Below are positions 60,887-64,000 of a DNA stretch of 64,000 bases, in pieces (position 1 is the stretch's first letter; each line of letters opens with the position of its first letter). The DNA is from Gemmatimonadaceae bacterium (lineage in GTDB: Bacteria; Gemmatimonadota; Gemmatimonadetes; Gemmatimonadales; Gemmatimonadaceae). The translations under genes were made by a program, and so were the position numbers. The stretch spans positions 114,724 to 178,723 of the forward strand of contig JAICWO010000004.1 of the NCBI GenBank assembly GCA_025934775.1, in the 5' to 3' direction. A model generated the notes under the pieces. That model made no database searches, was not told the origin of the DNA, and saw nothing but the letters and a program-made list of their open reading frames with translations.

Positions 60887-61237
60887 ATGATGAACAGACT
60901 GTTGTTGCAAACGTGTCTCGCGGCGTCATTCGCGCTCGTCGCGTGCGGAGGCGATGCGCCCGTTACAACATGTCAGGCGGACTTGGAAATCCATATCTCG
61001 CCAGGGGACACCACCATTTCCGTGGGCCAGCAGTTTGCTGCGATGGTTCACCTCTTCGGATGTCACGGTACACTGCCGCTGACGGATACTTTCACGTGGC
61101 ATTCTCAGGACACCACCGTCGCCACGGTCGACTCTACATCCGGGATCGTTACGGGCGTGGGACATGGTCACACCCTCGTGTTCCCGAACGGCAAGCACTA
61201 TAGCATCGAGCTTCCCGTGAGCGTCACCGTCCGCTAA
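60887..61237 (+). CDS. small lipoprotein with bacterial Ig-like (Big_2-like) domain
   Basis: In-frame ATG at 60887. Lipobox ALVAC. Contains ISPGDTTISVGQQF...WHSQDTTVATVDSTSGIVTGVGHGHT. Confidence 0.6.
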   Translation: MMNRLLLQTCLAASFALVACGGDAPVTTCQADLEIHISPGDTTISVGQQFAAMVHLFGCHGTLPLTDTFTWHSQDTTVATVDSTSGIVTGVGHGHTLVFPNGKHYSIELPVSVTVR

Positions 61238-61330
61238 CTCCGCGTCTCTGCGGTGAATCCTCCGCCATGATGGCCACGGTTGCGAACAGGCGGTGGGGAG
61301 CACAATCTCCCGCACCGCCTCTTCCATTCC

Positions 61331-62977
61331 ATGACCTCACGACGCGACTTCATTCGCTCCACCGCCGGCGCATCCGCTCTCCTCGCCGGATTTCCCGCGC
61401 TCGTTCTCCGCTCGCGCGCGGACGCGGATCTCGTCATCCGACACGGCACCGTCTTCGACGGCACCGGCGCCGCGGGACGCGAGGCCGACGTCGCGATCAC
61501 CGGCGATCGCATCAGCAGCGTCGCGCGCACCATCGTGCAGCGCGGCCGGGTGGAGATCGACGCGCGGGGGCTCGCCGTGGCGCCGGGATTCATCGACATC
61601 CACTCGCACGGCGACGGCACGTTGTGGAGCGACCCGAACGCCGAATCCGTGATCCGGCAGGGTGTGACGACGATCGTCGTCGGCCAGGACGGCTCGTCGC
61701 GCGCGCCGCGTGCAACCGGCGGCGGACGCGAAGATGACGCGCGGCGGCAGTTCGGGACGATGGCCGAGTTGTGGGCGGCGCTCCGCGCGATCGGCCCAGC
61801 GGTGAACGTCGCCTCGATGGTGGGACTCGGCACGGTGCGCGACGTGGTGATCGGCGGCGACAATCGTCCGGCCACCGCGGCCGAGCTCGCGCGCATGCGG
61901 GCGCTCGTCGAGGCCGCGCTCCGCGATGGCGCCTGCGGCGCATCGACGGGGCTCGAGTACACGCCCGGTGCGTTCGCGTCGCGCGAGGAGCTGATCGAGC
62001 TCTGCCGGCCGCTCCGGCAGCGCGGGCTGCCGTACGCGACGCACATGCGCAACGAGGACGATCGCCTGCTCGAGGCAATCGACGAAGCGATCGCCGTCGC
62101 GAGCGGCGCCGGGTGTCCTTTAGAGATATCTCATCTCAAGGCGGAAGGCCCGCGCAACTGGTCCAAGCAGGACGCCGCCTTTGCCCGGATCGACGCCGGC
62201 CGGAAGGCGGGCACGGACATCACGTTCGACTGCTACCCGTACGTGGCGTTCCAGACCGGGCTCACGAACCTGTTCCCCGTCTGGAGCCGCAACGGCAGCA
62301 CCGATGCCTTCCTCGCCCGGCTGCACGATCCGTCGACCGCGGCACGCATCCGTACCGAGTCACTCGCCAAGGTCGATCTCATCGGCGGGTGGGACAACGT
62401 GATGATCTCGAACGTATCCAACGCCGCCGACCGCGACGCCGAAGGCGCGCGCCTCGGCGCGTACGCGAAAAGTCACAACACGGATCCGTACGACATGGCG
62501 GTCGCGCTGCTCGAGCGGAACCGCGGCGACGTCGGGATGGTCGGCTTCGCGATGAGCGAGGAGAACGTCGACAAGATCTACGCGAACCCGCTGAGCATGG
62601 TGTGTAGCGATGGCGGCGCATTCGCGGTGAGCGGCCCCGCGCACGTGGGGCATCCCCATCCGCGCGGGCTCGGCACGTTCCCGCGCGTCCTCTCGCGGTA
62701 TGTGCGCGAGCGGAAGGTGCTCACGCTCGAGCAGGCGATCCACAAGATGACCGGCATGACCGCGGCGCGTGTGCATCTGCGGGACCGCGGCCGGATCGCG
62801 CCCAACGCCGCCGCGGACGTCGTCGTCTTCGATCCGGCGACGGTGAGCGACACCGCGACATACGCCGACCCATTCCAGTATCCGGTTGGGATCAGCACGG
62901 TGATCGTGAACGGCGCGATCGCGCTGCGCGATGGGCAGCGCGACACGCGCGCGGGGCGGCCGCTTCCGGTCGCCTGA
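61331..62977 (+). CDS. Tat-exported D-aminoacylase (N-acyl-D-amino-acid deacylase) family amidohydrolase
   Basis: ATG at 61331. Twin-Arg signal SRRDFIRSTAG, then GFIDIHSHGD, GVTT.V.GQDG and a YATHMRNE block. Confidence 0.85.
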   Translation: MTSRRDFIRSTAGASALLAGFPALVLRSRADADLVIRHGTVFDGTGAAGREADVAITGDRISSVARTIVQRGRVEIDARGLAVAPGFIDIHSHGDGTLWSDPNAESVIRQGVTTIVVGQDGSSRAPRATGGGREDDARRQFGTMAELWAALRAIGPAVNVASMVGLGTVRDVVIGGDNRPATAAELARMRALVEAALRDGACGASTGLEYTPGAFASREELIELCRPLRQRGLPYATHMRNEDDRLLEAIDEAIAVASGAGCPLEISHLKAEGPRNWSKQDAAFARIDAGRKAGTDITFDCYPYVAFQTGLTNLFPVWSRNGSTDAFLARLHDPSTAARIRTESLAKVDLIGGWDNVMISNVSNAADRDAEGARLGAYAKSHNTDPYDMAVALLERNRGDVGMVGFAMSEENVDKIYANPLSMVCSDGGAFAVSGPAHVGHPHPRGLGTFPRVLSRYVRERKVLTLEQAIHKMTGMTAARVHLRDRGRIAPNAAADVVVFDPATVSDTATYADPFQYPVGISTVIVNGAIALRDGQRDTRAGRPLPVA

Positions 62978-63685
62978 TCAGGTCGAGCGGATGTAGCTGC
63001 ACCCCGCTTCCTGCGCGCGGTGCACCGCGTACACGCCGCTCGGCTGCAGGATCAAACCCGGGACGAGATTGGCTTTGAGGTCCTCGTACACGGCGTCCGC
63101 CGTCTGATGCGTGCGTCCGGCGATGATCGTGCTCATGCCGCGGGTGGCGAGATCGCAGCCCAAGAGAATGTTGCCGTGCGAGGCGAGCCAGGAGAGCGTG
63201 CCGCGCGGGCGGTCGCTCGCGTCGGAGCCGGAGCCGGCGTTCGCGCTCGACGCCCCGAGATACGGATTGCGCACCGCCCATCGCTTCGTGCGGTCGTCCT
63301 TGACCTTTTCCTCTTTACCAAACTCATATTTTGCCCACATCGCGTCGTTGAACGCCATCGGGATCGCGGCGTGGCGGATGACGAGCACCGACATCACGTC
63401 GCTCCCGGCGCCGATCGCCGCGCGCATGCCGGTGATGTAGCTGGCCGCGTGGCTCACGGCGAGACCATCCTCGATCTCCGGGGAGTCGAACACCGCTTTG
63501 TGCTTCGTCGTGAGCCGGCCGAACCAGGAGTCGTCCCAATGTGTGGGTGCCGGCGGCGGCGCGATCGGTTGGGGGGCGGATTGGTTGGCGGCCAGCGGCC
63601 CCGCGCATGCCGTCCCGGCGAGCACGATGGCCGACGCGGCGATCTGACCGAGAAATTCGCGACGTGGCGTGGTGGTCTCTGACAT
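62978..63685 (-). CDS. Tat-signal hypothetical periplasmic protein
   Basis: In-frame ATG at 63685 (MSETTTPRREFLGQIAASAIVLAGTACAG). Globular remainder, no family recognised. Its stop abuts the convergent stop (TGATCA). Confidence 0.55.
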   Translation of the reverse strand: MSETTTPRREFLGQIAASAIVLAGTACAGPLAANQSAPQPIAPPPAPTHWDDSWFGRLTTKHKAVFDSPEIEDGLAVSHAASYITGMRAAIGAGSDVMSVLVIRHAAIPMAFNDAMWAKYEFGKEEKVKDDRTKRWAVRNPYLGASSANAGSGSDASDRPRGTLSWLASHGNILLGCDLATRGMSTIIAGRTHQTADAVYEDLKANLVPGLILQPSGVYAVHRAQEAGCSYIRST

Positions 63686-63765
63686 GAGTAGGGTCGGTGC
63701 GGTGAAGAAGGTGGCACCCAACGATACATTGCGGAGCAGCTCACGTCACCGACGATTTTTCAGCC

Positions 63766-64000
63766 GTGTCATCGAATCCAGCGACGTCATCACGCTCGAA
63801 CGCGCCCCACACGGCGGACGGCCACTTCCGAAACCCGTGGCCCGCCGCGCAACTGCACGGCTTCAAGGATTTCCTGCGCTGGCGGATTCGGGAGCGCGCG
63901 CGCATCGCGCCATCACCGGCGCCTGGCTCGCTGCCGAGCAAGCACGCGGCGATCATCGCGCCCCGCGCGGCGCGTGGATACCGGTCGATCACGTGGGTCG
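63766..64000 (+). CDS. N-terminal part of an MBL-fold (NAPE-PLD-like) metallo-hydrolase; runs off the right edge
   Basis: Open frame from GTG 63766: ...GHFRNPWPAAQLHGFKDFLRWRIRE...YRSITWV, resembling the F.NPW...... ITW(I/V)GH opening of this family. It is not in the ORF track because it has no stop within the window. Confidence 0.4.
   Translation, partial: MSSNPATSSRSNAPHTADGHFRNPWPAAQLHGFKDFLRWRIRERARIAPSPAPGSLPSKHAAIIAPRAARGYRSITWV

Noticed and set aside
63741-63992. Track ORF 63741..63992(-), 83 aa.
   Set aside because: Its composition is shadow-like. The + strand frame across the same DNA reads FRNPWP...HGFKDFLRW...ITWV, a recognisable MBL-fold hydrolase N-terminus, so the + strand partial CDS was preferred.

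Overview
High-GC (roughly 68-70% by eye) bacterial chromosomal segment. It probably comes from a Gemmatimonadota- or Acidobacteriota-like organism; this is an inference from the PadR plus duplicated orphan FtsX-permease pair, Ala/Arg-rich proteins and frequent signal peptides ending in AQ. About 55 protein-coding genes can be supported. I recognised no rRNA, tRNA, CRISPR array, transposase or integrase. Many long ORFs in the supplied track are Arg/Ala-rich antisense or off-frame shadows typical of high-GC DNA and are not called.

Gene content, left to right:
- cytochrome c plus DUF1080
- GT2 glycosyltransferase
- an operon of APC permease, GroES-like protein and bacilliredoxin
- a Tat-signal Rieske gene that looks frameshifted
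- an ECF sigma / FecR / STN-TonB receptor surface-signalling unit
- a hybrid histidine kinase
- a Rieske oxygenase and a PQQ dehydrogenase
- LepB
- a SWIB protein with a Lys-rich tail
- an ArsR-SdpI-hydrolase operon
- a BNR lipoprotein, a receiver protein with a histidine-kinase dimerisation (DHp/HisKA) domain only (REC-DHp), and Nfo
- PruA
- VapBC
- an ornithine cyclodeaminase (OCD) / PLP-enzyme pair
- a 14.7-kb, eight-gene, translationally coupled MoxR-DUF58-VWA (Bat-like) envelope operon
- PhzF, Map, Fpg/Nei
- PadR plus two duplicated orphan (ADOP-type) permeases
- a PD40 propeller-GGT fusion
- several unknown secreted proteins
- D-aminoacylase

The best candidate for an undescribed system is the expanded MoxR/VWA operon at 30451-45153. 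It adds four unusual components: a TPR-flanked HExxH-18-E domain, a Cys-less caspase-fold/EF-hand protein, DUF4159, and a 1227-aa Q/G-rich coiled-coil membrane protein.

Outside coding regions I see three families of palindromic tandem-unit arrays (CACGG 9-mers, CGAGA 7-mers, GGAGG/CCTCC arrays), a 110-nt palindromic element inside a gene 5' end, an AT-rich iterated 15-mer cluster, and a 730-nt gene-free structured region. All functional calls rest on motif recognition by eye. No database search was run.
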